NCBI GenBank assembly: GCA_964473555.1
Contig: CAYYPL010000005.1
Span: forward strand, 43,977 to 107,976
Direction: 5' to 3'
DNA length: 64,000 nucleotides
Source of the DNA: an uncultured Chitinophagales bacterium
GTDB taxonomy: Bacteria; Bacteroidota; Rhodothermia; Balneolales; HLUCCA01
Shown here: positions 49,925 through 59,247 of the stretch, in pieces
Layout: each line of letters opens with the position of its first letter
Numbering within the stretch: the first letter of the stretch is position 1
Made by a program: the position numbers and the translations under genes
The notes under the pieces: generated by a model
Seen by the model: only the letters and a program-made list of their open reading frames with translations
Databases searched by the model: none
Told to the model about the DNA's origin: nothing

Positions 49925-49961
49925 AAGTCCTTGTAGTATAATAGCTTACGAGGACTTTTTT
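49925..49961. terminator. Rho-independent terminator after tRNA-Leu (also abuts the convergent kinase gene)
   Basis: The sequence is AAGTCCTTGTAG-TATAATAG-CTTACGAGGACTTTTTT. The stem includes G-U pairs and is followed by a T-run. The stop of the minus-strand kinase gene (49960..49962) overlaps the T-run. Confidence 0.7.
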
Positions 49962-52044
49962 ATTTATATACGTGTTCGCCCGACCGACTAACTATCGACT
50001 TGACTAACGTCAACAGATCCTCGGGGATGAACGGTTTACTGATATAGTGGTCAAACAGTCCTTTACCACCATCCTCATCAATCTGGTCAAGTGAATATGC
50101 CGTTATCGCAACGAGCCTGGCCGACTCGTACTTCGGATGCTCCCGGAGTATCCGGGCAAACTCGATGCCATTCATGCCAGTTCCCAGGTTAATATCGATC
50201 AAAAACAGTCCAACGTCATTGGTATCAAGAAATTTCAACGCATTTTCCGCATTCGGAACACAAACTAAATCATAGTGTCCAAGTATGGATGTTGCTAATT
50301 TTCTAAGAACCGGATTGTCTTCTACATATAGAATGGTCGATATTTCAGGTGTTCGAATCGATGGCATGGCAACACTGTTACCTGATTCCTTTGCGAGCAG
50401 TCTGGGAATGCTGACCGTGAATACACTGCCACGATGTGCACTGGAATCAATATGAATGGTACCATTGAGGTTTTCAACCAGTCTTTTGACGATGGGTAAT
50501 CCTAGTCCCGAACCCTCAAATCCCCGTCCAACTCCACCACTACCCTGTACAAATGGTTCAAATAAGTAGGAATGCTGATCATCTGAAATCCCGATCCCTG
50601 TATCCGTTACCGTCATGACGAAGGAGTTTTCGTTGACCCTAAACTCGAATGTTACACGGCCTTTTTCAGTAAATTTCAATGCATTGTTGAGTAGTTGCCG
50701 GGCAATGGTTTTTAAATAGCGTTCATCGCAAAAAACTACATCATCACCAATGAAATCGTAGCTGAATTCAAGTAGTTTGTCATTGGCGTGTTCTCTGGTT
50801 TCTTCTAAAACTGCGCGCAAAGCAGCACTCAATACAATGTGCTTGGGACGATATTCAATGGCATTACTGTCCAGATACGAATATTCAAGTAACGATTCCA
50901 GGGTATGATGGAGCCTGTTCGCACTTTGACCAATAGAGCGGGCCGCATCCAGAATGTTTGGATCCTCAGACTGATCCGATATCAGATTCGCAAATCCCAT
51001 GATACCGGTTATAGGCGTGCGAAACTCATGGCCAATGTTTGCTATGATACTGGACTTGAGTTTACTCACGTCTTCTGCGATTTTTTTTGCTTTCTTGACT
51101 TGCTGTTCTTGCAGGATCAAGCTGGTGATGTCGCGAAAAATGACAAACACTCCCAGTAGTTTTCCGTTGGTTTTGTCCACATCGGGAATGGAAATAATTG
51201 AAATCCACCGGTAATCATGATGATGATCATCAAAAATACCCATGGTTACACCCGTCACAGGTTCACCCGTCCGTAAGGTTATCATGGCCGGATGTTCTTC
51301 TCCGCCAAAGTCACTCCCATCTTCACGGATGGCACGCCAGCGTTTATCCAATGACGTCTTTCCCAATAATTGATCGGGTGTCATTCCAAGTATCGTACAG
51401 GCTGCCTGATTAAAATGAACAATTTCTCCGCTTGATGCATGATACACCACACCATCAGACATTCTTGCAAACAGTTCCGTATATTTGAGCTCATCAGAGA
51501 CGATTTTCTTTTCCTGTCGTCGCCGTAATAACATAGTCCCGATAAGTACAGACGATTCGATCAACAATTCAACCTCATCATCCCGCCATTCCCGCTTGCT
51601 GGTGGTCGAGTCAAATCCCATAAATCCCACCAGATTATTTTCCACTTTTACTGGAATCACGAGTATCGTTAATATACCCTGAGAGGATAGGATTTCTTTT
51701 TCAAACTCCGGGAATAAAGATATGTCGCCACTGATCCAGGAATTGGTATTGAAATGTTCCATCCAACGCGTAAAACCGGGTTCCATTTCAAAATCAATCA
51801 ATTCTGGATTGTCGATCTGAGGTTCCACTCCAGTTGCACAGTATTCGAAAACCTGGCGCCCTACATAACCCCGTTTTTCTTCCTGCCATAGTTCAAAAAT
51901 ATAGACACGATCTACCTTGGTCGCTCCTTGAAGTACTTCAAGTGATCGGTTGACTCCCTTGTCTATGTCGTTCTCGCTCAATAAAATGCGGGTAATATGT
52001 CGAATCGTTTCGTGAATCGGTATACTACCGTTGGCAGATTCCAT
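49960..52044 (-). CDS. Hybrid sensor histidine kinase/response regulator (GAF-PAS-HisKA-HATPase-REC)
   Basis: 694 aa. It has the H-box IGHEFRTPITGIMGF and an ATPase N/G boxes region (LLNNALKFT..., DTGIGI..., GSGLGLPIV). The C-terminal receiver is ILYVEDNPV...LFLIDINLG.. with a conserved Asp. The N-terminal half has GAF-like and PAS-like segments. Confidence 0.9.
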   Translation of the reverse strand: MESANGSIPIHETIRHITRILLSENDIDKGVNRSLEVLQGATKVDRVYIFELWQEEKRGYVGRQVFEYCATGVEPQIDNPELIDFEMEPGFTRWMEHFNTNSWISGDISLFPEFEKEILSSQGILTILVIPVKVENNLVGFMGFDSTTSKREWRDDEVELLIESSVLIGTMLLRRRQEKKIVSDELKYTELFARMSDGVVYHASSGEIVHFNQAACTILGMTPDQLLGKTSLDKRWRAIREDGSDFGGEEHPAMITLRTGEPVTGVTMGIFDDHHHDYRWISIISIPDVDKTNGKLLGVFVIFRDITSLILQEQQVKKAKKIAEDVSKLKSSIIANIGHEFRTPITGIMGFANLISDQSEDPNILDAARSIGQSANRLHHTLESLLEYSYLDSNAIEYRPKHIVLSAALRAVLEETREHANDKLLEFSYDFIGDDVVFCDERYLKTIARQLLNNALKFTEKGRVTFEFRVNENSFVMTVTDTGIGISDDQHSYLFEPFVQGSGGVGRGFEGSGLGLPIVKRLVENLNGTIHIDSSAHRGSVFTVSIPRLLAKESGNSVAMPSIRTPEISTILYVEDNPVLRKLATSILGHYDLVCVPNAENALKFLDTNDVGLFLIDINLGTGMNGIEFARILREHPKYESARLVAITAYSLDQIDEDGGKGLFDHYISKPFIPEDLLTLVKSIVSRSGEHVYK

Positions 52045-52255
52045 GTACAGCCGCGATGATTAGTAGAACAGAATGTCTTTGATTTGATAGGAATGTAACA
52101 GGATTTCCATCAAACGACAACCCAACTTTGTTTTCAGTTCAGGGATGCAGCGCACATCAGATTGATTTGTGCATCATTCGTGATGGAGAAGTATATTGAT
52201 GCACTCGCAGTTTCATCCCTATTTTTCAGCTATCCATGTTAACCAATCTATTATC

Positions 52256-52714
52256 ATGAAAGTATACTTCTTTATCGTCTTTTCTGCCTTGTTGTTGTTG
52301 TCTGAATCAAAACCGGTATGTGCACAGGAGTCTAATGATGAACAGCTACTTACCGAACTGCTTCATTGGTTTATGGATGGAGCTTCACGCAACGACAGGC
52401 AGGTCCACGACCGGTTCTGGGCCGATGATCTGATCTATACCAGCTCAGCCGGACTCCGTTTCGGAAAAGACCAAATTATGTCCGGATTCGAGGTGTCCCA
52501 ACAACTTCAGGAGGTTGCCCCTGCCATCACCTACACCGCCCATGATATCCAGATCAACGTGTACCATGATGTCGCCGTTGTGGCATTTCAAATGAAGGGA
52601 GAAACATTGAATACGGAAGGCACTTCCGTTGCCTGGTATCTGAATAGCGGCACCTTTTTGAAGCGAAACAACGAATGGCGCGTCGTCAACTGGCAAGCGA
52701 CCAGGGTTCCTTAA
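52256..52714 (+). CDS. Secreted SnoaL-like / DUF4440 (NTF2-fold) protein
   Basis: The track ORF starts at TTG 52196, and ATG 52256 gives the signal peptide MKVYFFIVFSALLLLSESKPVCAQ. The pattern ..FWADDLIYTSSAG.........WRVVNWQAT is typical of NTF2-like DUF4440 proteins. Confidence 0.65.
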   Translation: MKVYFFIVFSALLLLSESKPVCAQESNDEQLLTELLHWFMDGASRNDRQVHDRFWADDLIYTSSAGLRFGKDQIMSGFEVSQQLQEVAPAITYTAHDIQINVYHDVAVVAFQMKGETLNTEGTSVAWYLNSGTFLKRNNEWRVVNWQATRVP

Positions 52715-52786
52715 AAAAAGCACTTCGGAGGTTGGGTGAGTCCCTGGTCCGAAGTGCTTTAAATACGAAGCTATATTGATTATGGA

Positions 52787-55700
52787 CTACTCTTCGAGAT
52801 TGTCAATAGCGACTTGTACAGCGCGCTCCAGCTGCTCATCATGTCCCGAATCAATCACGCCCGGCATGTTTTTGACCCTTACATCCGGATCAGTCTGATT
52901 GTTTTCCATCCATTTATTGTGGTAGTTGCGGGCACTGACGGGGACAACACCCCAGCGGGTTCCATCAGGCAGACCTTCCCAGCCAGCGTAGCTACAGGTT
53001 CCGGGAACCGGCATACCGATAGAAGTTCCGAGTTTCAGTTCATTGTAGGCCGCCGCGTAACAATGTCCATCAGAGTACATACTTTCGTTGAACAAGGTAA
53101 CGGTCGGTTTTGTCCAACGTGCGGTTGGTTCACCACCCACATCTTTGGCAGCTGTTGCGTAAGTGCTGAATTTTCTCCCGGTGAAGAACATGGCAAGGTC
53201 GGCCACAAGGTCGCCACCACCGTTGAATCGCACATCAACCACCATCGATTCACGGTCGTAATATTTACCCAGCATCGCATCGATCACGGTACGATAAGGA
53301 CCGTCGCCCATGCCTGGAATATGGACATAACCCAGGCGCCCGTTACTGAGTCGGTTGACTTCTTCCTCATTGATGCGGATGAAACGTTGATACAATAATG
53401 CACGCTCGGCACCCAGTGAAACAGGCTTCACGGTTACCTGTCGTCGATTTTTGCCATCGGCACTCACTACTTCCAGCAGGACAAAGTTACCCGTCTTGCG
53501 GTTCAGGTAGCTGGCTATGTCACGGTCTGTTGTAATGATCTCACCATCAATGTTCTCAATTACCATTCCAGCAGTGATGTTCATCCCGGCTTTGTCCAAC
53601 GGACCACCTTGGATTACTTCAGTAATCTTAATTCCATTGCCACGGTACCCGTAATCGAAGAAAATGCCAAGCGAGGCAGTGGCGTCAGCATTCTCGATGC
53701 TGGAGCTGTATCGGGCTCCCGAGTGTGATACATTCAACTCACCGAGCAACTCGGATAACAGTTCAGCAAATTCGTACGAGTTGCCCAGATGCGGCAGAAA
53801 TTTGCGGTACTCCCGAGCCATGAAATCCCAGTCAATTCCATGGAACGTAGGTTCATAGAAGATGTTTTTGGTTCGGATATACACGTGTTCGAACATTTCA
53901 GCGCGTTCTTTACCAGCATCATAGGTCATTTCACCCGCAATTCGTATCCCCGATGAGCTTCCGGCTGACACATTGAGCTTGGATATCGTACCTCTACTTA
54001 GCAAATACAGATTTTCCATGTCCTTGTCCCAAACAAGGCTTCCACCTCCCGTATTAAGGCGGATCACCTGCTTGGTATCACGAGTACGCAGATTGGTTTC
54101 CCAAAGATTGTAATTTCCTTCAAAACTGGTAAGGTAGTACAGCTTTTCTCCATCTTTTGATAAGGTCGCATCGCTCAGAGAACTTGAATGGATGGTAAGG
54201 CGTGCTTTACGATCCCTGACTCCGTCCAGATCAAATTGAAGTGGTGGAATCACCTTGGAATCTTCTTTTTTTGCATCGTCTTTTTTGTCCTTTTCCTTAA
54301 GTTTATCGAGTTCTTTCTTGAGTTTGAATTCGTCTTCACTCAGGTTAAAGGTGTCCCAGCCTTCCTGGGTAAAAAACATGCTGTACACATCCCGTTCGGT
54401 TTGACCACTGGTTGCATAGCTACGTAGTCCGTCGCGATTGGAGAACCAGAGCATTTGCTTGCCTCCCATAACCCACTTCGGACGCATTTCCTCAAAGCCG
54501 CTTTCAGTCAGGTTGATCCGTTGGGATCCATCTGCAGCCAGTAACAATACGTCACTGTTCGTCAGTCTGGAACTGAAATCGTGCAATAACCAACGACTAT
54601 CAGGACTCCACGAGAAGTACTTGTCACCATCACTCATGTGGAACAGATCTTCGGGTGTGAGCAGATCTACGGTGTTGCCTGTAGCCAGATCTAAAACACG
54701 AAGCGTGCGTCGGCCGGCGATATAAGCAAGTTTCCTGCCATCGGGACTGTACTCGGGAAGGTAATTGTCTTCGCGATTTTGAACCACAATGGATTCCTTC
54801 AACAAGGTTGAAGCATAGAAAAACGGCTCTTCAGCACGAACTTTCTCAGTCTTGAAAATACTCCATCTTCCATCACGCTCACTGGCGTAGACTACCCCTT
54901 TTCCGTCCGGAGTAAACATCACAAAACGCTCGCGTTCAGGGGTGTTTGTAATGCGCTTGGTCATAGCTCCGTCTACTGAAGTCACAAAAACTTCACCACG
55001 GGCAATGAATGCGATTTCTTTTCCATCCGGGGATATGGCCATTTCCTGAACGCCACCATTGATCGTGATAAACTTGTCGGTATTCGCTTTGTCCTGAGTT
55101 CGGATGCGCACCTGTACTTTTCTCGGCTCCTGACCGTCGCGCAGGGTATACAGATCACCGTCATATCCGAATGCCAGCACGCCGTTACCCTGACTCAAGA
55201 ACCGAACCGGGTGGGTCCCGAATCGGGTGACCTGTGTACGCTCGGAAGGATTCGAAACAGGCATTTTGTGCACATTGAACGTGCCACTTTCTTCGCTCAG
55301 AAAATAAATGGTCTGCTCGTCCTGACTCAATACTGGCTGACGATCTTCTCCGAGCCAGTTAGTCAGCATCGTATGCGTGTTTGAATCCGCATCGTACATC
55401 CAGATATCTCTGGTGATATCAGAGCGATGGTGTTTTCGCCATTCATTTTCGCCCCCTTTTTTGTCGTGATAGATCAGTTTGGAGCCATCCCGGCTGGTTT
55501 GCACAAATTCGGCTGGAATGGTGAAAATCTGGGTCACTCGTCCACCAGAAACTGGAACGCTGTACAATTCAGGTTGAGAAGCAGTTGGGAACTGACGATG
55601 CTCGGCAGTATCCATACGCTGTGCGCCGAATAAAATCGAGTTACCATCAGCAGAAAAGGTGTACGGACTTTCGTCATTGGAATGGAACGTGACACGGGTA

Positions 55701-55999
55701 GCGGGTCCTCCCATTGCATCCATTACGTATACATCGAAGTTACCGTATCTGTCGGATGCGAATGCGATTTTAGACCCATCCGGACTCCAGACGGGCATAT
55801 AATCATGTGCTTCGTGGAAAGTCAGCTGTGTTGCATCGCCACCGCTGGCAGGAACGCGATATAAGTCACCCAGATAGGTGAAAACAATGTGATTTCCATC
55901 GGGAGAAATGGATGGATATCGAATCCATTGAGCATTGATCTGGGCAACGGCCGCAGAAGACAGCGCAGTCAGGATCAACGTGAGTAAAAGTTTTTTCAT
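52787..55999 (-). CDS. Tricorn-like S41 peptidase (TolB-type beta-propellers + PDZ + S41 core)
   Basis: 1070 aa with a signal peptide. It has repeated propeller motifs (ISPDGNHIVF, WSPDGSKIAF, ISPDGKEIAF, FTPDGKGVVY, YSPDGRKLAY, WSPDSRWLL) and a PDZ-like segment (GGPLDKAGMNITAGMVIENIDGE). The C-terminal S41 region is VVDVRFNGGGDL... Confidence 0.88.
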   Translation of the reverse strand: MKKLLLTLILTALSSAAVAQINAQWIRYPSISPDGNHIVFTYLGDLYRVPASGGDATQLTFHEAHDYMPVWSPDGSKIAFASDRYGNFDVYVMDAMGGPATRVTFHSNDESPYTFSADGNSILFGAQRMDTAEHRQFPTASQPELYSVPVSGGRVTQIFTIPAEFVQTSRDGSKLIYHDKKGGENEWRKHHRSDITRDIWMYDADSNTHTMLTNWLGEDRQPVLSQDEQTIYFLSEESGTFNVHKMPVSNPSERTQVTRFGTHPVRFLSQGNGVLAFGYDGDLYTLRDGQEPRKVQVRIRTQDKANTDKFITINGGVQEMAISPDGKEIAFIARGEVFVTSVDGAMTKRITNTPERERFVMFTPDGKGVVYASERDGRWSIFKTEKVRAEEPFFYASTLLKESIVVQNREDNYLPEYSPDGRKLAYIAGRRTLRVLDLATGNTVDLLTPEDLFHMSDGDKYFSWSPDSRWLLHDFSSRLTNSDVLLLAADGSQRINLTESGFEEMRPKWVMGGKQMLWFSNRDGLRSYATSGQTERDVYSMFFTQEGWDTFNLSEDEFKLKKELDKLKEKDKKDDAKKEDSKVIPPLQFDLDGVRDRKARLTIHSSSLSDATLSKDGEKLYYLTSFEGNYNLWETNLRTRDTKQVIRLNTGGGSLVWDKDMENLYLLSRGTISKLNVSAGSSSGIRIAGEMTYDAGKERAEMFEHVYIRTKNIFYEPTFHGIDWDFMAREYRKFLPHLGNSYEFAELLSELLGELNVSHSGARYSSSIENADATASLGIFFDYGYRGNGIKITEVIQGGPLDKAGMNITAGMVIENIDGEIITTDRDIASYLNRKTGNFVLLEVVSADGKNRRQVTVKPVSLGAERALLYQRFIRINEEEVNRLSNGRLGYVHIPGMGDGPYRTVIDAMLGKYYDRESMVVDVRFNGGGDLVADLAMFFTGRKFSTYATAAKDVGGEPTARWTKPTVTLFNESMYSDGHCYAAAYNELKLGTSIGMPVPGTCSYAGWEGLPDGTRWGVVPVSARNYHNKWMENNQTDPDVRVKNMPGVIDSGHDEQLERAVQVAIDNLEE

Positions 56000-56241
56000 G
56001 ATGTAGAAAAGTTTGATTGATATACCTGAAACTGATTATCAGGAAACGTTGAGCAAATAGCAGGAATCTAAGCTAAAAATCGCTTGAAAACAGGTGCTTA
56101 GTATTTTTTAACATTGAATAGGCTCAACATACGTGTGATAAACGTGTACGGATCGGCCAAGATGACTCTATTGCGGAAAGTAGGCAAGGTCTAATTCCAG
56201 GTTCTCGGAACTTATTCTCTCCAGCCTGTCGTTACACCACC

Positions 56242-57027
56242 ATGGAAAATGAAGAATTATATCGGGTAGACGGGTCCACTGCTGTGGTTACGGGCGCAGG
56301 ATCAGGCATTGGCCGGGCATGTGCCATCCAACTGGCTGAAGCAGGCGCGATGCGGCTCTTCCTCACCGGACGACGAAAAGAACTCCTGGACGAAACTGCA
56401 CTCATTATTTCATCTTTAGCTCCTCAAACGATGGTCGTGGTAGCATCGGGGGATGTAAATGATGCTAAATGGCGAAAAGAACTGGTTTCTGAAATCTTTG
56501 TGAATGGTCCGCTCGATATCCTGGTGAACAACGCAGGTGTGTACCACGCCACCCAGTTCGAAGACACCACCGATGCTGAGCTTACGTCGGTGATACAGAC
56601 GAATCTGGCGTCCGTATTTTCATTGACCCGAGATCTGCTACCCTTGCTGGAAAGAAGTACCTATCCGTCGGTGATCAATATCGGGAGCACACTGAGTATT
56701 CGTCCCATCGCGCAGGGAGCCAGCTATAACATGTCCAAAGCAGCTATCGATCACCTGACCCGAAGCTTGGCGCTGGAGTTGGGTCCGCGTAGAATCAGAG
56801 TGAACTGTGTGTCGCCTGGAATCGTGGAAACACCGATGTACCGTGGACGATTCTCATCTGAGAAAGCCTATCGTGATGCCATCGACCAAGCCACATTGTG
56901 GCATCCCTTAGGCCGTGTTGGTGCGCCGGAAGATATTGCAAGATCGGTGTTATTTTTGGCAAGCAGGGCATCATCTTGGATCACCGGAGTGGTGTTACCT
57001 GTAGATGGTGGATTACTCACGACCTGA
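56242..57027 (+). CDS. SDR-family oxidoreductase
   Basis: 261 aa with TGAGSGIGRA (TGxxxGxG), NNAG and the catalytic YNMSKAA (YxxxK). Substrate unknown. Confidence 0.9.
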   Translation: MENEELYRVDGSTAVVTGAGSGIGRACAIQLAEAGAMRLFLTGRRKELLDETALIISSLAPQTMVVVASGDVNDAKWRKELVSEIFVNGPLDILVNNAGVYHATQFEDTTDAELTSVIQTNLASVFSLTRDLLPLLERSTYPSVINIGSTLSIRPIAQGASYNMSKAAIDHLTRSLALELGPRRIRVNCVSPGIVETPMYRGRFSSEKAYRDAIDQATLWHPLGRVGAPEDIARSVLFLASRASSWITGVVLPVDGGLLTT

Positions 57028-57051
57028 CCAACCTCAAATTGAGTTCTTATT

Positions 57052-57681
57052 ATGATGATTAATGTGATGGCATCGTCGGTGGATGGATTTGTGGCTGCGT
57101 ACAGTGGTCAGACAGACGCCGAGCGCCACGAACGGGGATTTTCGTCCGATGCCGACTGGCAGCGACTCAAGGAACGGTTGAAAGGTGCAGATGCTGTGGT
57201 TCTGGGCGCAAAGACGATGTCGACGGCCAATGGAGCTGTCGATCAGCCGCGAGAGGATGGTACGTATCCGGTTTGGTTTACGTTTACTAACTCCGGAATT
57301 CCAGCTGATAACGCTTTTTGGAGGCAGTCTCATATTCCGCGGGTCGTTGTGTCGAAAGCTAAGTTGACAATGCACGACGATTTGGTCGAGAATCTGGTGT
57401 ACGGGGATGAAGACCCGGTAGCGTTTGTGGTCAGGATCCTGAGGGAGCGGGGTATGGAGCAGGTGTTGTTGTTTGGGGGAGGGACGATGAACAGGATGTT
57501 TTATGAGGCGGGTATGGTCGATGAGCTGCATGTTACGATCTGTCCGTTGTTGGTTGGGAGTGCGGAAGGAGTACCGCTGATTGAGCCTGGATTATCTAAA
57601 GTTACCAAGTTGACGCTGAAGTCGGTTGAGCCGCATGGAGATCTGCTGTTTGTCCGGTATCTTGTGAGTAAAATAGAGTAG
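57052..57681 (+). CDS. RibD C-terminal domain / dihydrofolate-reductase-like family protein
   Basis: 209 aa with NVMASSVDGFVA..., GADAVVLGAKT and VLLFGGGTMNRMFYEAGMVDELHVTICPLLVG. These are typical of the RibD_C (DHFR-fold) family. Confidence 0.8.
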   Translation: MMINVMASSVDGFVAAYSGQTDAERHERGFSSDADWQRLKERLKGADAVVLGAKTMSTANGAVDQPREDGTYPVWFTFTNSGIPADNAFWRQSHIPRVVVSKAKLTMHDDLVENLVYGDEDPVAFVVRILRERGMEQVLLFGGGTMNRMFYEAGMVDELHVTICPLLVGSAEGVPLIEPGLSKVTKLTLKSVEPHGDLLFVRYLVSKIE

Positions 57682-57705
57682 TTGAACGTACATAGATTGT
57701 AGATT

Positions 57706-58266
57706 ATGCCTGAAGCCATGTCATCTGAAGCGAAGTTTAAAGAGTTCGAGCACAAGTACCTGCTCGATGGATCAGAGTCGGTGGGATCGATTTTTAAGGC
57801 GCTTCGGGGTGTCAGTGGGGGGGAGGAAAAAGCCCTTGAGGTGACGGATATCTATTTTTATGAAGGAGCTGCACCGAAGTTCGTGTACCGCCATCGCCGG
57901 GACCGCGAAATCCAGCAACTTACAGTTAAATCGTTGGGTACCGACGCCAGAGACCGCACCGAGATCAATCTGCTTCTCTTAAACGAAGAAGATCAGTTTG
58001 AGGCGGTTGACCGATTCATGGCAACGCTTGGTGATTTCAGGAAACGCATCATTCGAAAATCCATTCAGGTTATTGATTTTCCCGATTGTGAGTGTGTGTA
58101 CTATGAAGCCACTAACGGTACTAAAACCGTTCAGTGCTTCGAGTTTGAGGCATTGGGAGCAGAAAACCTAGAGCAGGCGTTACGCATCATTTCAAAATAC
58201 GAGACATTGGCGGGATTCATACCAGAGACCCGCTGTCATCAGAGTTTATTTGAACTATTGAGCTGA
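57706..58266 (+). CDS. CYTH-domain (triphosphate tunnel metalloenzyme) protein
   Basis: 186 aa. The N-terminal EFEHKYLL gives the ExExK signature of CYTH domains. Alternating charged beta-strand segments follow (YRHRRDREIQQLTVK, DRTEINL). Moderate confidence. Confidence 0.6.
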   Translation: MPEAMSSEAKFKEFEHKYLLDGSESVGSIFKALRGVSGGEEKALEVTDIYFYEGAAPKFVYRHRRDREIQQLTVKSLGTDARDRTEINLLLLNEEDQFEAVDRFMATLGDFRKRIIRKSIQVIDFPDCECVYYEATNGTKTVQCFEFEALGAENLEQALRIISKYETLAGFIPETRCHQSLFELLS

Positions 58267-58269
58267 GTT

Positions 58270-59013
58270 ATGAAACAGGACATCATTCGCATCCAGCAAA
58301 TGCACGTTCAGTGCTACATCGGCATCCACCGACACGAGCGTCACGAGCGTCAAACGTTGCTTGTTGATGTGGAAATGTTTCTGGATCCGATTGCTGTATC
58401 TGAAAAGATCACATTGTCCAGCTCGGTCGATTATTCAAAGATTTATGGAGAGCTGAAATTTCTACTCGAGGCATCCCAATTCCGATTACTCGAAACAGCT
58501 GCTCAGGCACTGTGTGCTTATTTATTGGCACCATCAGTTTCCGATCGCCCACAGGCTACCATCAATGCGGTCAAACTAACGTTGAGCAAACCCAGTGCGT
58601 TGAAGTCTGAAGCGGTTCCCAGTCTCACGGTCTATCGTGAAGCCAGTGATTTCAAGCCCGGGCATGAAGTCAATCATTTTGGCGAGGTCGATATCATTCA
58701 TGAGAGTAATGATTGCGGAGTATATCGGCTTAGGATTCCGGCTGGGGGAGCCATTCCAGCGCACTATCACGACGTGATGTCGGAGGGGGAGATGGCGATG
58801 AGCGACGGACTTTTACTTCAAAACAAGCCTCTATCTGCCGGATTAGCCCACTATTGGCCTCAAAAGTTCGTGCATGAGTACAACAATCCAACTGAAATTA
58901 CCCGAACGGTGCTATGCGTTAATCGTCCCGCGTTTATTCCATCGGATGAGATTTTAAGTCCCGAAGCGCCATTGCATGATCCACCGCCGGGCTCTATGGT
59001 CAGGTATTATTGA
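58270..59013 (+). CDS. Dihydroneopterin-aldolase (FolB)-like domain fused to a cupin domain
   Basis: 247 aa. Residues 1 to about 125 (IRIQQMHVQCYIGIHRHERHERQTLLVDVEM...VDYSKIYGELKFLL...FRLLETAAQALCAYLL...VKLTLSKPSA) are collinear with FolB-family proteins. Residues from about 135 to 235 look like a cupin (YRLRIPAGGAIPAHYHDVMSEGEMAMSDGLLL...HEYNNP). Confidence 0.65.
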   Translation: MKQDIIRIQQMHVQCYIGIHRHERHERQTLLVDVEMFLDPIAVSEKITLSSSVDYSKIYGELKFLLEASQFRLLETAAQALCAYLLAPSVSDRPQATINAVKLTLSKPSALKSEAVPSLTVYREASDFKPGHEVNHFGEVDIIHESNDCGVYRLRIPAGGAIPAHYHDVMSEGEMAMSDGLLLQNKPLSAGLAHYWPQKFVHEYNNPTEITRTVLCVNRPAFIPSDEILSPEAPLHDPPPGSMVRYY

Positions 59014-59034
59014 GAAGCGGGGAGCAGTATTTTA

Positions 59035-59206
59035 GGGAGTGGGAAGTAGGGAGTGGGAAGTAGGAAGTAGGGAGTGGGGAGTGGGGAGTCGGAATGATTT
59101 TCTACTTCACTGAATTTTACAGATATTAAGACAATGTGGTTGGTTATTTCTATCGTATGGGATTATTGTCATAAATCTACTACCCATTTCCTACTTCCAA
59201 CTACCC
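59035..59206. repeat. Modular element: GGGAGTG/GGAAGTA heptad arm (8 units) / AT-rich core / complementary CTACTTCC arm
   Basis: 59035..59093 is GGGAGTG GGAAGTA GGGAGTG GGAAGTA GGAAGTA GGGAGTG GGGAGTG GGGAGTC GG. 59177..59206 is CTACTACCCATTTCCTACTTCCAACTACCC. It contains TTCCTACTTCC, the exact complement of GGAAGTAGGAA in the left arm. The element starts 22 nt after the FolB-cupin stop and ends 42 nt before the peptidase ATG. Confidence 0.88.
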
Positions 59207-59247
59207 AAAGTTTAATTGACTTAACCCAAAATCTAAACGTATCTACT

